This document shows positions 32,601-39,695 of a DNA stretch of 64,000 nt, piece by piece. The translations under genes and the position numbers were made by a program. Each line of letters starts with the position of its first letter. The first letter of the stretch is position 1. Below the pieces are notes generated by a model. The model was not told the origin of the DNA and did no database searches. It saw nothing but the letters and a program-made list of their open reading frames with translations. Source of the DNA: Andalucia godoyi And28 (taxonomy: Eukaryota > Protista > Jakobida); contig VRVR01000002.1 of NCBI GenBank assembly GCA_009859145.1, forward strand, positions 473,853 through 537,852. The letters run 5' to 3'.

Positions 32601-34294
32601 TGCAGAATTGCCACTTGGGTCTTGATTTCATGATTGAAATCGAAAAACTCTTGGCTTCACTTGCTGCGGCACAAGCAAAGGAGGGCGGGAAAGACGACAA
32701 GAGCAAAGGAAAGGAGAGTTCCAAGGATTCGTCTGGAGACATGGAGGGATCTTCCGAGATCAGTCCTGAGTTCCGTTTGTGGATCACCACCGAACCCCAT
32801 CCGAAGTTCTCCATCGGCTTGCTGCAAATGTCGATCAAGCTTACGAACGAAGCGCCTCAGGGAGTCAAGGCTGGATTGAAGCGCTCCTACCAATGGATCA
32901 GCCAGGACATGCTAGAGTCCTTCCAGCGTCCTGAGTGGAAGCCGCTGTTGTATTCGATCTGCTTCTTGCACACCATTGTCCAAGAACGCCGAAAGTTTGG
33001 TCCTTTGGGATGGAACATCCCGTACGAGTTCAACCAAACAGACTTGTCTGCGTCCGTGCGGTTCATGCAGAACCACATTGCATCTATTGGAGACGACGTG
33101 AAGCGTGGTGCACCCATCTCTTGGCAGACGGTGAAGTATATGATTTGCGAGGTACAGTACGGAGGACGTATTACGGATGACTTTGACAGACGTCTGTTTA
33201 ATACGTACGGTCAGGATTTCCTTGATCCTCGCGTCTTCCCGGCTGATTTTGCCTTCTATGCTGGTGCCCCTGGATATACGATCCCGCGATTCGACGATAT
33301 CACGAAGATTCGTGACTTTATTGAGCAGATGCCACTGAATGACCATCCCGAGGTGTTTGGTTTGCACAAGAACGCGGATATCGCATACCTGCAGCGACGT
33401 GCGAAGGATTCGCTGAACACGATTCTGGATATCCAGCCAAAGGACGCAGGAGCTGGATCTGGTGAAACCCCCGAGCAGTTTGTTCTCCGTGTTGCGGATG
33501 ACATGTTGGGACGCTTGCCCGCTGACTTCTCCAAGGACAAGGCCAAGGATGCTTTGAAGCGAATGGGGGGCGCAACGCCAGTCAACATTATTGTTGGCCA
33601 GGAGATCGATCGTCTGCAAGTTGTCATTGGTTTGGTTCGACGAACTCTAAAGGATCTGAAGCTTGCCATCTCTGGTACCATCATTATGTCCAGCGTCTTG
33701 CAGAATGCGCTTGTGTCGATCTTCGACTCAAAGGTCCCATCTGCTTGGCTGAAGGTTTCCTGGGTTTCAAGCACATTGGGTAACTGGTTTACTTCCCTGT
33801 TGAATCGTTCAGAACAGTTTACACGCTGGCTGGAGGTCGGTCGACCAAAGGTTATCTGGCTGACTGGTTTCATGAACCCACAAGGTCTCCTCACTGCCGT
33901 GCGACAGGAAGTTACTCGTGCACATCAGTGGGCGCTGGATGATATTGTGCTGCGCACGGAAGTGATTCCAAAAGAGCGCGAAGAAGTCAAGGACGGTCCT
34001 TCGGAAGGCATTTACATCTACGGCCTGTTCCTGGAAGGTGCCGCTTGGCACAAGGCCCAGGACAAGCTTGTCGACCAGCCGCCAAAGATCTTGTACCATG
34101 CGCTGCCTGTGTTGTATGTGACTGCAGTGCAGAGTTCTGCAAAGAAGCAGACGGGCAACCAGTACAAGTGCCCTGTGTACACTAATCCTGCCCGTACCGA
34201 CAGGAACTATGTCTTCACGGTTGATCTGCGATGCCAGGAGAACCCGAGTTTCTGGACCCTACGTGGCGTTGCCTTGCTGTGCACTACTGCTTAA
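20690..34294 (+). CDS. Axonemal outer-arm dynein heavy chain, gamma type (DNAH5/DNAH8-like), intronless
   Basis: 4534 aa; N-terminal GPDTELDYW stem; AAA P-loops GPAGTGKT, GPSGAGKS, GGPGTAKT, GVGGSGRQS; stalk/MTBD; C-terminal WTLRGVALLC. Confidence 0.97.
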   Translation: MAFDARHRYLMGRSAEVLGAELRAEIEDCFASNARVLKAFLDGEEPSRLFLLHKPKLPEPDESSGSVQVPTKAPNLLLSTGQPKDLGLGGRCVYFVRVTAPGKAVSTKEADLANDVEIGVVGGASALDSLHKVLDKVFFPLLRAQTEWGKSSTDDTSEFFSTMKKFEETLSNVVKVQQEGIELKRPDKRFAVANNQQAFVSASQESELVAHFEAVVEDWCAATERLLAESEQGRVDSEDAGPDTELDYWRTRMGKFNSVTEQLKLRDCKTTLGVLTQARSKVLKKWRSLDTQITDAANEAKDNVKYLSTLEKYLEPLYGGVPNQIVDSLPGLMNNLKMMHTISRYYNTTERMTTLFVKLTNEMIRNCKKTIKADGKLWDQDPSSLIRKLESCLRLNEAYQEQYRLTKDKLLSQPGARQFDFNELQIFGKFELFCKRVQKLVYVFSTVEQFSALAKHSIDGMENLIKRFQEIVDDLKRKPYDLLDHTKAQFDKDYIDFNKNIEELETALQVFINSSFENITSTENALALLKKFQSILQRENLRADLDSKYMVIFHNYGLDLENVQKTYERYKHNPPLIRNAPPVAGNITWSRQLLRRIEEPMKKFQQNRTIMNTKESKKIIRTYNKVARALVEFETLWHYAWMKSIETAKTGLQATLIVRHPETGRLFVNFDHEILQLIRETKWLLRLGVDVPESAKMVLLQEDKFKSYYNQLSYALKEYDRVTARIIPIVRPIISPHLEDLDKKIQPGMTILTWTSMNIDGYLHRVHSGLARFEELVIKMNDIIENRIEKNLKVISKTLLVDLPSDQTFSLDQFVALQERHIKSQSSQMNMKNMEVERAVDDLMETIKAFALEFVVVPDEVWEEEISKLRKHYNRLMFKAILSATTKSLQIVKKRIGSRSRSGEVVVERPFFNVDVELQPPNVLMNPSLDEVQEAINRAAIAVLRCSKQLFQWSVKTMDPALKESFYPELARNKEIVKVVLLLTGGIHGLKQQVYEYLQTFRQYDYLWKDNKQEAYSEFMKNQPTLEDFEGELKKYMAIEQQIVAINPSHTIGSLTLQTQPLKNAFKSEAAAWKAQYAKNLHAQAKQDLENISNYMTETTKKLQRDISDLEDLRFVMTTLKQIREKESEIDMEVNPVEDMYQLLARYDVRGISKDETDAVAELRYRWKNLVTLANETNERIAQLQGGFKRDLVKAVKQFKIDIVTFSNDYESNGPNVPGIKPHEAMERLNKYKRLFEEKERKFETYAVGEELFGLPHEEYPQLQKVKKELSLLDKLYTLFIKVVERVNSYAEILFEDLDFQAITTEIEGFQKQSKTLPKSLREWEAFLQMKQTIDDFLELQPLLERLSDKAMRPRHWQQLQQITGHTFKRDAEFKLRHLLEAQVLKFRDDIEDLAVSALNEAEIENKLSHIQDDWANQVLEFGEFKNKGPIILRGAEAQAIMEKLEDSQMQLASMMSSRFLTPFRAEVSDWIERLSTVAEVLELWLGVQAMYMYLEAVFTSGDIAKQLPQEAKRFQNIDKTWLKMMAKAFEVRNVVGFAYGNNPLQSLQFMKDQLEICQKSLTGYLEQKRNCFPRFYFVSDPVLLEILSQASDPNSIQKHLQSIFDSIAAVTFDAKQKSKVLVMHSPEGESVNFEHPVVCEGNVEDWLTVMERSMQSTMKSIVRNAAADSGSMGLREFIDQYPSAVALLGIQFIWTADVQEALNRSKTEKRAMSDTNKKVSGIMSDLTQMTTQELTPMNRTKVETLITIQVHQRDVFDELSKKRVRDASDFEWQKQARFYWSTDRDDCVISIADIDFKYSYEYLGCKERLVITPLTDRCYISLSQALGMHLGGAPAGPAGTGKTETVKDLGRTLGKYVVVFNCSDQMDFRAMGKIYKGIAQSGSWGCFDEFNRIKLEVLSVVAQQVQCILVAIRDRQEQFTFTDGQVCVLKRECGFFITMNPGYQGRQELPENLKALYRGVAMMVPDRRIIIKVKLAACGFEQNENLSIKFNILYALCEQQLSKQPHYDFGLRNILSVLRTAGATKRKNPDKSEPYLLMRTLRDMNTSKLVAEDVPLFLSLINDLFPGMKADKARFPEIEASIQSNIEKSGLQNHGLWIEKVIQLYETSVVRHGIMVVGPSGAGKSRCFEILLKALSECVKPHKELRMNPKAMTAEQMFGRLDPISNDWTDGIFSALWRKANDKTQMRNTVPWLICDGPVDAIWIENLNTVLDDNKLLTLANGDRIQMSPEMKMCFEVENLNNASPATVSRAGQIYMSESVLGWEPVLKSHMFPTGAVKEDARRITCKDSEAMLLSKLFDQHVADLLTFSRKECVPVMGVSELNQIMTMYDLLMPLLRVANEASGGCSDMHVERLFWFTAWWSIGGLLETKDRTRFSEFISSRTKQSPPSDNGSMCFDFFVDDVTGAWTHWRSRIPSWEYPGDSKFEFSTLFVPTLDSVRLDYLLGIIAKQEKSVLLVGGPGTAKTVTIENYLITKSDPETMLYKKINFSSATSPLIFQRTIEANIDKRVGNTYGPAAGRKMTVFVDDISMPEINEWGDQVTNEIVRQVVESRGVYNLEKPGEWKKIVDVQFLAAMNHPGGGKNDIPARLKRHFAIFNVTLPSHTAIDQIYGAVLRGRFCSSAGFDEETVGISTKLTPSTILLWERVAAKMLPTPSKVHYIFNMRDLSRVFQGVMQCPPNIVANAEILLKLWRHECNRVFSDRLNTVEDKIWFDDAMQKLVVESFGTEFAEKTKAPAYFVDFLRDAREDPETGEALEPRPDVYEPVVSREGLTERLYMFMKKFNETSKVRKLDLVLFDAAVKHLIRIARILRLPRGNALLVGVGGSGRQSVTRLASYIRGYDTFQITLTKTYNATNLCEDLQRLYKTTGVEGKPVTFLFTDNEIKDESFLEYVNNILSSGEIAGLFPKEELDAIVNELRDVAKKTKPDTLGKNDTYDNLYRFFIDRVRDNLHIVLCFSPVGEKFRTRARKFPGLISGCIIDWFFPWPEEALTDVAAKMLGAFKMECTDPVRSSLIKHMANIHRSMSDVSAQYFQRFRRNVYTTPKSYLSFLENFKAVYSIKYEEVQSLARKINSGLEKLMKAGSDVERMKIELAEKEVNLKAAQKETEEMLIVIADKTAKAEKKREDVQKVKDVLSEDAAIVAKGKAEAEHDLAAAKPALEQAENALKAITAKDIQNLRALRNPPQLVKVIFDGVLLLRKMPLNAVEPLEYKGNNIIKDSYTYSVQMMTDTNFLNSLLNYERDEVTDEMVELCQPYFDIEEWDADKARAASGNVAGLCTWVSSICLYHDVAKIVQPKIEALRVAEVQLRVANSKLKAKQEELDQVEADLFKIQSEFDAMMRKKQELQDDADRTRKRMESANNLIGALAGEKDRWTQQSKEFADRTRRLIGDVGCVCAFISYCGPYNAEFRNMLLNKNFYDGCKQRNIPVTEGLGITKFLVDESQIGEWNLEGLPTDDHSVQNGIMVTRSSKWPLLVDPQGQGLAWLKRREASNEVVVVELTYKHFRNVLEDCITFGRSLIIENVEEELDPFLDPVLDKAVTKTGRSMQITLADKQVTYNDNFRLFVTTKLANPHFSPELSAKTTIIDFTVTMGGLEQQLLGRVIQMEKAELEEQREQLLQEVNANQKKIKALEDDLLKRLSESQGNLLDDEELIGVLANTKRTASEVQENLVKAVDMEKRINASREEYRPVAIRGSVLYFLIVEMSLVSSMYQTSLKQFLVLFDLAVERAERALITTKRIHNIIEAMTFGVYVYVNRGLFERHKLLFVLLLACKILLRDGLIDGAQFSSMLKGGAALDINAVRKKPFAWLPDAAWLNCVQISYLNQFRELPDMIQRNETLWKQYYDAEAPEETKIPEIHDRLSSFERLLVVRSLREDRTTIAASDFIRDILGQRYVDAIPLNLESTWEESKPLTPMIFLLSAGSDPTAAIEALAKRKKKFPIRAISMGQGQEEAARKLIQAGFQQGHWVLLQNCHLGLDFMIEIEKLLASLAAAQAKEGGKDDKSKGKESSKDSSGDMEGSSEISPEFRLWITTEPHPKFSIGLLQMSIKLTNEAPQGVKAGLKRSYQWISQDMLESFQRPEWKPLLYSICFLHTIVQERRKFGPLGWNIPYEFNQTDLSASVRFMQNHIASIGDDVKRGAPISWQTVKYMICEVQYGGRITDDFDRRLFNTYGQDFLDPRVFPADFAFYAGAPGYTIPRFDDITKIRDFIEQMPLNDHPEVFGLHKNADIAYLQRRAKDSLNTILDIQPKDAGAGSGETPEQFVLRVADDMLGRLPADFSKDKAKDALKRMGGATPVNIIVGQEIDRLQVVIGLVRRTLKDLKLAISGTIIMSSVLQNALVSIFDSKVPSAWLKVSWVSSTLGNWFTSLLNRSEQFTRWLEVGRPKVIWLTGFMNPQGLLTAVRQEVTRAHQWALDDIVLRTEVIPKEREEVKDGPSEGIYIYGLFLEGAAWHKAQDKLVDQPPKILYHALPVLYVTAVQSSAKKQTGNQYKCPVYTNPARTDRNYVFTVDLRCQENPSFWTLRGVALLCTTA

Positions 34295-34413
34295 AGCCAT
34301 AATAAACACACATTTATTCGCCCGTGGTTGTGCACATTTTCCAAGCCAAGCATTTCTTTTCTTCATTTCTTTTCCTTCTCTCGAGTCTCGACTCTGGGAA
34401 ATGGGAACTTACC

Positions 34414-34746
34414 GCTCGCCAGGACATGAATCACTATTGATCATCATCGGCTAAGCTGTCACCGAAGACAGATCCAGTTTGGGGCGAGCACCAACTCTTC
34501 CATGCAGATTGCTCTGCATCAACGGGTCATCGCAACTACGAGATTCTTGGTCATCGCTATCTTCGGGGCATGGCCGGTTTGAGTTTGTTGGGGAGATCCC
34601 CTCTTTGAAGCCATGCGATGATTTTTTTTGTCCTTGATGAAACATGCTGCTTGAGGGTTCAATTATATATTAAAGGGCACGAACAGACGTAAAAAGAACG
34701 TGAAGAATGAAGAAATTCTGGACTTGACTACGGTAAGAACATCGCG
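34414..34746. repeat. Dispersed ~330-bp repeat, copy 1
   Basis: Near-identical to 59514-59842 in the same orientation; the last ~113 bp are identical by eye. Confidence 0.92.
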
Positions 34747-34888
34747 ATTCCAAAGGGTTTGATAAACATGCTTGGGCATTCTCGTTTTCTCGTTGCGCTG
34801 CTGCTGTTCCACTAACAAAGCCGTGTTTTCTTCTTTGTTGTTTTTCCTGTTGATTCTTTTGCTGCCCGTCCGTTTAATCTTTCATGAA

Positions 34889-35227
34889 ATGAATCCGCTG
34901 CTGTCTGTGCTTGTTTCCACAGCGATTTCGATCCCTCTATCGCGGTCAGTGTATGATATTTTTGTTTCTGCTGTGAAACTGTACCGACTTGTCCAAGCGC
35001 AATCGCGGTACTTGCGCCAATTGTCTCATGCTGCGGCTTATCATCAGATTCTCGGTCGAGGCAGCAAGAACACTCGGTTCATCCGCGAGTGCGCAGTAAC
35101 CACCGTGACGCTCAAGCCATCTGTCGATGCATCAAATCCTGCTGCTCCTGTGACATTCATCTCTTTTCCAACGGTGCAGATAATGACCCCGACCCCCGCC
35201 CCTACTGCCATTGCAACGACTACATGA
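34889..35227 (+). CDS. Small hypothetical protein with hydrophobic N-terminus
   Basis: ATG 34889 MNPLLSVLVSTAISIP...; 112 aa; Pro/Thr-rich tail. Confidence 0.45.
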   Translation: MNPLLSVLVSTAISIPLSRSVYDIFVSAVKLYRLVQAQSRYLRQLSHAAAYHQILGRGSKNTRFIRECAVTTVTLKPSVDASNPAAPVTFISFPTVQIMTPTPAPTAIATTT

Positions 35228-35779
35228 AGGAAACGTAAGACGTGTCGTTTATTACGAGTACATTGCACACGAAGCATCTTCTAATCATTGCTGACCATCC
35301 ATATGTGCAGTCTCGCATCCGAACCAAAGTTTGGATTCAATTCAATTCAATTCAGAGGTGGGGGATAGACCCCACCAATCCGCAGCGTTCTTCAAAATAG
35401 ATGTTGCGCGCATCATTCCAATCTCAATCCAGACGTGCTGGACAGGACGGGCATCAGAATAACGGATGCACCGGTGTGAATTTGGGTGGCGGGAGGCGGA
35501 GGCGAACGGGTTATTGTATTGTCTGAAATGACTGGGTGAGTGGGGCTGCAAGGACCGCAAGTTGGAACATTTTGAAGAAGAAGAAGAAGGGAAAAAAAAA
35601 ACGTGCGGGTTGCTTATGCATGCATCATGATGGATGTCCGCGCTCACTTGCTTGCCAACAGTTGAATGTTTCTATTTGCAGAAGGGGGGAAATGATGCAA
35701 TCACGACAGCGGCAGCAGCCAGAGAAGCAAAAGTAAGAGGGATGCTTGGAAGGAGAAACGCAAGGGCCCTCCGTCCCAA

Positions 35780-37459
35780 CTACAAATGACAGGACCACCG
35801 ATTGGCGGAGTGAAGACTGGCCTCGAACAGCTTGTTCGCATTTGGACATCTTCCGCACTGCTCGGGGACTCTGGACCACATGTGTGTGCATGGGACGGTC
35901 TCGACGACCGGAATGCACAGCCCAGTGTCCTTGGTGACTTGCCAGGATGGTACACCGTACCGCGCGTACGCCATGTATCCGAAAGTCGATGAACTGGAGA
36001 ACACCATCGAATCGGTCTGACTGAGCAGGTACATGTCGAACAGTCCTCGTCGAATACCACCGCATTTCCACCGTTCGTATGGTGTATCATCATAGATGAC
36101 ATCAAATGGCAGCTGGTCCGCGTGGCTGCTCACAAAGTCTCGGAGCCATTGACGAGTTGGCGGATCATCCGTCGCGAGAAACAGTGCTGCTTTCTCCTTG
36201 TTTTGCTGCGCATGACGAGCATCTTGCTGATGATTCCACGGATTGAGAAGCTCGTGGATCATTGCAACGCAAGGAATAAAGTGGGTTCGCGAGTCGCGCG
36301 AGATTGCCCAGCCTTCTGTCATTCGGATCTGCAGCCCGTATATCTGCCGATGTCGCAACGCTTGTTTTGGCTTTGCGACACCTTTGAGGACATCGATTGG
36401 TGAAGGGTAGGGTGTCCAGTTGTGCTTCTTCATAAACTGGTCCATGTCGGCCTTGATCGACGCAGAGGGCTGGAGATACAGTTCGTACAAGAGCGCAAGT
36501 CCGCCTTCTTTAAAAAAATTGTGAATCTGTTTCCCAACAATCGGGTGATGCCGCAGAAACTCTCCCACCCACTGATTGGACTCTATTGCCACAATCTTGG
36601 AGCTTCCAAACATGGCCGAAAATGGATCTTCTCCCGACTCGTTCAGCGAAAAAACAACGTCCTTGGCCGAGTCAAAGTGCGGCGATATCCCGTCCATCCG
36701 ATCCGGACAGAGGAAGTACGGACACCAGTCTCCAACCGAGGTGTGCCAAAGCGATCTTGACAAGAATCCTGGGTACGACCGAAACCCCATCCCAAGCAGC
36801 TCATTCAGCATCGAAGACTGAATCACAGGCAAATATCCACTGGCACTACCCTTTCTGGACGACGACGACTGGTGTTGTTGCTGTTGCATAAATTGCGAAA
36901 ACTCTTCCCGGTTTGCAATGGAGGGCGAAAACAAGTCTCGATATCCGCAATCGCGGTTGGATATATCATCATCTGACTGCTGGTTCCAATCAACGGCGAA
37001 CCCTCGGCCTGAAAACAGCGCAAGGAGCATTGTCGAGACAAGCGACTCCAGTTTGTTTCCAAGTCCCACGTTGGAAAAGTGCACGTAGACAAGCACACCG
37101 CGCGAATTCTCCAATGCCGATCGCGACGAGAAGATGCGTTTCTGTAGTTGATCAAACTTTTCTAACAGCTCAGACACGCGCACCGATGACCGCAGCAGGA
37201 CTCCGTCTGTTCTATACTCTCCGTCTCCACTACCCGAAGGCGGACAGTGCTCGCTGGGCTGTGACGTGACTGATCCGGCTGGTTGAGTCGAAGAAGAAGC
37301 AGTCGCAGTGCAATCCACGGACGACGACGATGATGGTGATGGTGATGGGCGTTGGAAGGCAGATGACCGGCTGGACACAGTTCCGATAATATAAACGGTC
37401 GCGAGCAGGAGCACGAGGCACGATGTTATCAACAAGGGCTTGGGTATATGACTGCGCAT
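35780..37459 (-). CDS. Type II membrane GT-B fucosyltransferase-like glycosyltransferase (NodZ/FUT8/GT37-like)
   Basis: N-terminal TM and Ser-rich stem; GLGNKL, IYGLQIRM, LFLATDD, DMYLLSQTD...SSTFGYMA motifs. Confidence 0.8.
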   Translation of the reverse strand: MRSHIPKPLLITSCLVLLLATVYIIGTVSSRSSAFQRPSPSPSSSSSVDCTATASSSTQPAGSVTSQPSEHCPPSGSGDGEYRTDGVLLRSSVRVSELLEKFDQLQKRIFSSRSALENSRGVLVYVHFSNVGLGNKLESLVSTMLLALFSGRGFAVDWNQQSDDDISNRDCGYRDLFSPSIANREEFSQFMQQQQHQSSSSRKGSASGYLPVIQSSMLNELLGMGFRSYPGFLSRSLWHTSVGDWCPYFLCPDRMDGISPHFDSAKDVVFSLNESGEDPFSAMFGSSKIVAIESNQWVGEFLRHHPIVGKQIHNFFKEGGLALLYELYLQPSASIKADMDQFMKKHNWTPYPSPIDVLKGVAKPKQALRHRQIYGLQIRMTEGWAISRDSRTHFIPCVAMIHELLNPWNHQQDARHAQQNKEKAALFLATDDPPTRQWLRDFVSSHADQLPFDVIYDDTPYERWKCGGIRRGLFDMYLLSQTDSMVFSSSSTFGYMAYARYGVPSWQVTKDTGLCIPVVETVPCTHMWSRVPEQCGRCPNANKLFEASLHSANRWSCHL

Positions 37460-37840
37460 GCTGAATTGCTGAATTACTGAATTGCTAAACTCGATTCGCT
37501 ATGCGTCAAATGAACCCAGTACGTCAATGAAAAAACCCATCAACAATCCATGAATTGAAGAAGCGGGAATTTTGGAACTAGGAGAACAGCCCAAAAAAGG
37601 GGGGAAAAGATAAGGCTGTTTGATTTTTTGTTATTTGAAGGATCCATCAAAAAGTGCCCAATCAACAACAAGATTTCAATTTTTTTAAATTAAAGAAATA
37701 CAATACAGCCGATTTTATTGTTACCTGCTTATGTTCATTGGCTTTTTGCAATTGGGGGTTTTTTTTTAACGTCCGGCTATCATGGATACCCATAAGTAAA
37801 TAGAGATGGCCGTGACAGCTTCACACAAAGGGGTTTCGAG

Positions 37841-39130
37841 TTAGGTCAAGGCAGTCCATGAAGCGGGTATCGAATCTGATCCAGGTCTTTCGAATCTCTT
37901 TTCGTAGAACACCTGTCGGTCTGCATTGGTCCCGAGCCACGCGCCCCACCATGAAAACGTCGAATCGGATATGACAAAATGCGTGCATTTCGCCATGAGG
38001 TGCAGCTCGACATACATTGCATCAGAGATGAGGTAGTACTGTCTTTCAGGAAACTCCCTTTGCACAGACTCCATCAGCGGCGTGATCTTCCCGACGTTGT
38101 CTGTGAACCACACTGTGACAAACTCGTTTCCAAACTTGCGCAGAACATTCTTCAAGAAATTTTCATTCATTGCGGCTGGACCAAAGTTGTCTTCTGCATG
38201 TCCAACGCGCATATGGACGCCAATGGTAGGTCGCGTGAACATTCCCCAATAATGCTTTTCAATGTATTCCAGAATTGTTGGTGCCGGTCGGAAGTAGTGC
38301 AGCAGCAGCTCGCTTTTGTACTCGGAAAAATACCGTTCCGAGAACCAGTATCCCGTGAACCCAATGGCATCTTCATTTGCATCGAACGACGGGACCGGGA
38401 AAAAGGGCGAGTAGTTCGGGCCGCTGAAGTATCGTGCAGGTGGGTCATTGTTGGAGCGGATAACTGAAATTGCTGGGTACAGTTCGGGGAAGCTGCGTGG
38501 AAGAAACGGGTCTCGGGTCGACAGAGGATGGCCGCCCCAGTCGTTGAAGTCCTTGGAGTCCTTGAGATAGGCGACGGGCGCAGGAAGACCGTTCTTGCGG
38601 GCGGTTGCATAGGCGGTTGCAAGAAGAAACAGCTTGTTTCCCATTCCTCCCACAAGCTGGACCCACACCTTGGGCTTCTTTTTCGCATTTGCAAACAAGG
38701 AGTTCACAAACGACACTGACTTGTCCTTTTCGCTTATAAAATACGACAGCAAGTGATGGTGATCCTCGTGCGAGCTGCTTCTCGAGGTCGACGGAGGACT
38801 CGATCCTGGTGACTGCTTCTCATTCTTCTCCTTCTTGTCATTATACTGATTATTATTATTATTATCATTGTTGTTATTGTTGTTATCATTGTTGTTATTG
38901 TTGTTGGTGTTCCCATTTTGAGAGACAGTCTCGAACCGATACTCGACGCATGAAGATTTTGAAGATGAGCCAAAAGATGACGACGACGCAGAAGATGCCG
39001 AGGATGATGGGTTTAGAAATGAGGAAAAGGAAGAAGAAAAGAAGAAAGTCAGAACTAAAAGTGCAACAATCACAGTGAAAACACTCCGATTATTCAGCTG
39101 ACTGGAAAGTCCTGGAGAGAGCCACGTCAT
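37841..39130 (-). CDS. GT11 alpha-1,2-fucosyltransferase-like, type II membrane
   Basis: TM and poly-Ser/poly-Asn stem; GGMGNKLF, GVHMRVG, LMAKCTHFVISDSTFSWWGAWL. Confidence 0.88.
   Translation of the reverse strand: MTWLSPGLSSQLNNRSVFTVIVALLVLTFFFSSSFSSFLNPSSSASSASSSSFGSSSKSSCVEYRFETVSQNGNTNNNNNNDNNNNNNDNNNNNQYNDKKEKNEKQSPGSSPPSTSRSSSHEDHHHLLSYFISEKDKSVSFVNSLFANAKKKPKVWVQLVGGMGNKLFLLATAYATARKNGLPAPVAYLKDSKDFNDWGGHPLSTRDPFLPRSFPELYPAISVIRSNNDPPARYFSGPNYSPFFPVPSFDANEDAIGFTGYWFSERYFSEYKSELLLHYFRPAPTILEYIEKHYWGMFTRPTIGVHMRVGHAEDNFGPAAMNENFLKNVLRKFGNEFVTVWFTDNVGKITPLMESVQREFPERQYYLISDAMYVELHLMAKCTHFVISDSTFSWWGAWLGTNADRQVFYEKRFERPGSDSIPASWTALT
38845..38905. repeat. Trinucleotide (ATT/GTT)n tract encoding poly-Asn in the GT11 stem
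   Basis: Seen directly. Confidence 0.8.
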
Positions 39131-39695
39131 TGATTCCCAGAAATGAACGCTCTTTTTGTCGTCGTTGATATTTTTCCCTTTTCCTCTTTGTCAGACAAGC
39201 TCGCGAAATGCTTGGAATCGACTCAAAAAAGCAGATGAAACGCCGTCGCTGAATTATTTTTCAGTCAATCAATAAACCAAACAAAAAACAGAACGCCTTT
39301 CGGGAGGAAACGCTCAGCTTGAGAAATACGGCAGGTTGGGCGGGCGTACTGTTGTACGTAACGTTTTTGACCTTCTCGGGGTACGCGGAGTCGGATGGAC
39401 TTCCGGGAATGACGAATTAAGGCGAGAGGAAACAAGACTGGTGATTGCTCGGTGTCGACAAGCTTGCGCGCTGAAGACCATTAATGCCATGTCATTCTAC
39501 AATTTCTTCGCTACCAAGAGAAAGAGAAAAAGAAAGAGAAAAAGGGAGGGGGAACACGCACGAAGGCAAGAAGCGTTCGAAATATGCAATCTTCATCTTT
39601 TACATACACACACAATAATAACCCAATAAAGGATAGCACCGTTGAGAAAGTCGCCAATCTTTGGCACCAAGGACGGATTGTAAGGGGGCGCCACA

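Noticed and set aside
34406-34600. U1-like hints in repeat copy 1 (ACTTACC, ATTGC loop, Sm-like GTTTGTTG)
   Set aside because: ACTTACC is absent from copy 2, spacing is non-canonical, and the identical 113-bp downstream block is unexplained by a U1 gene.
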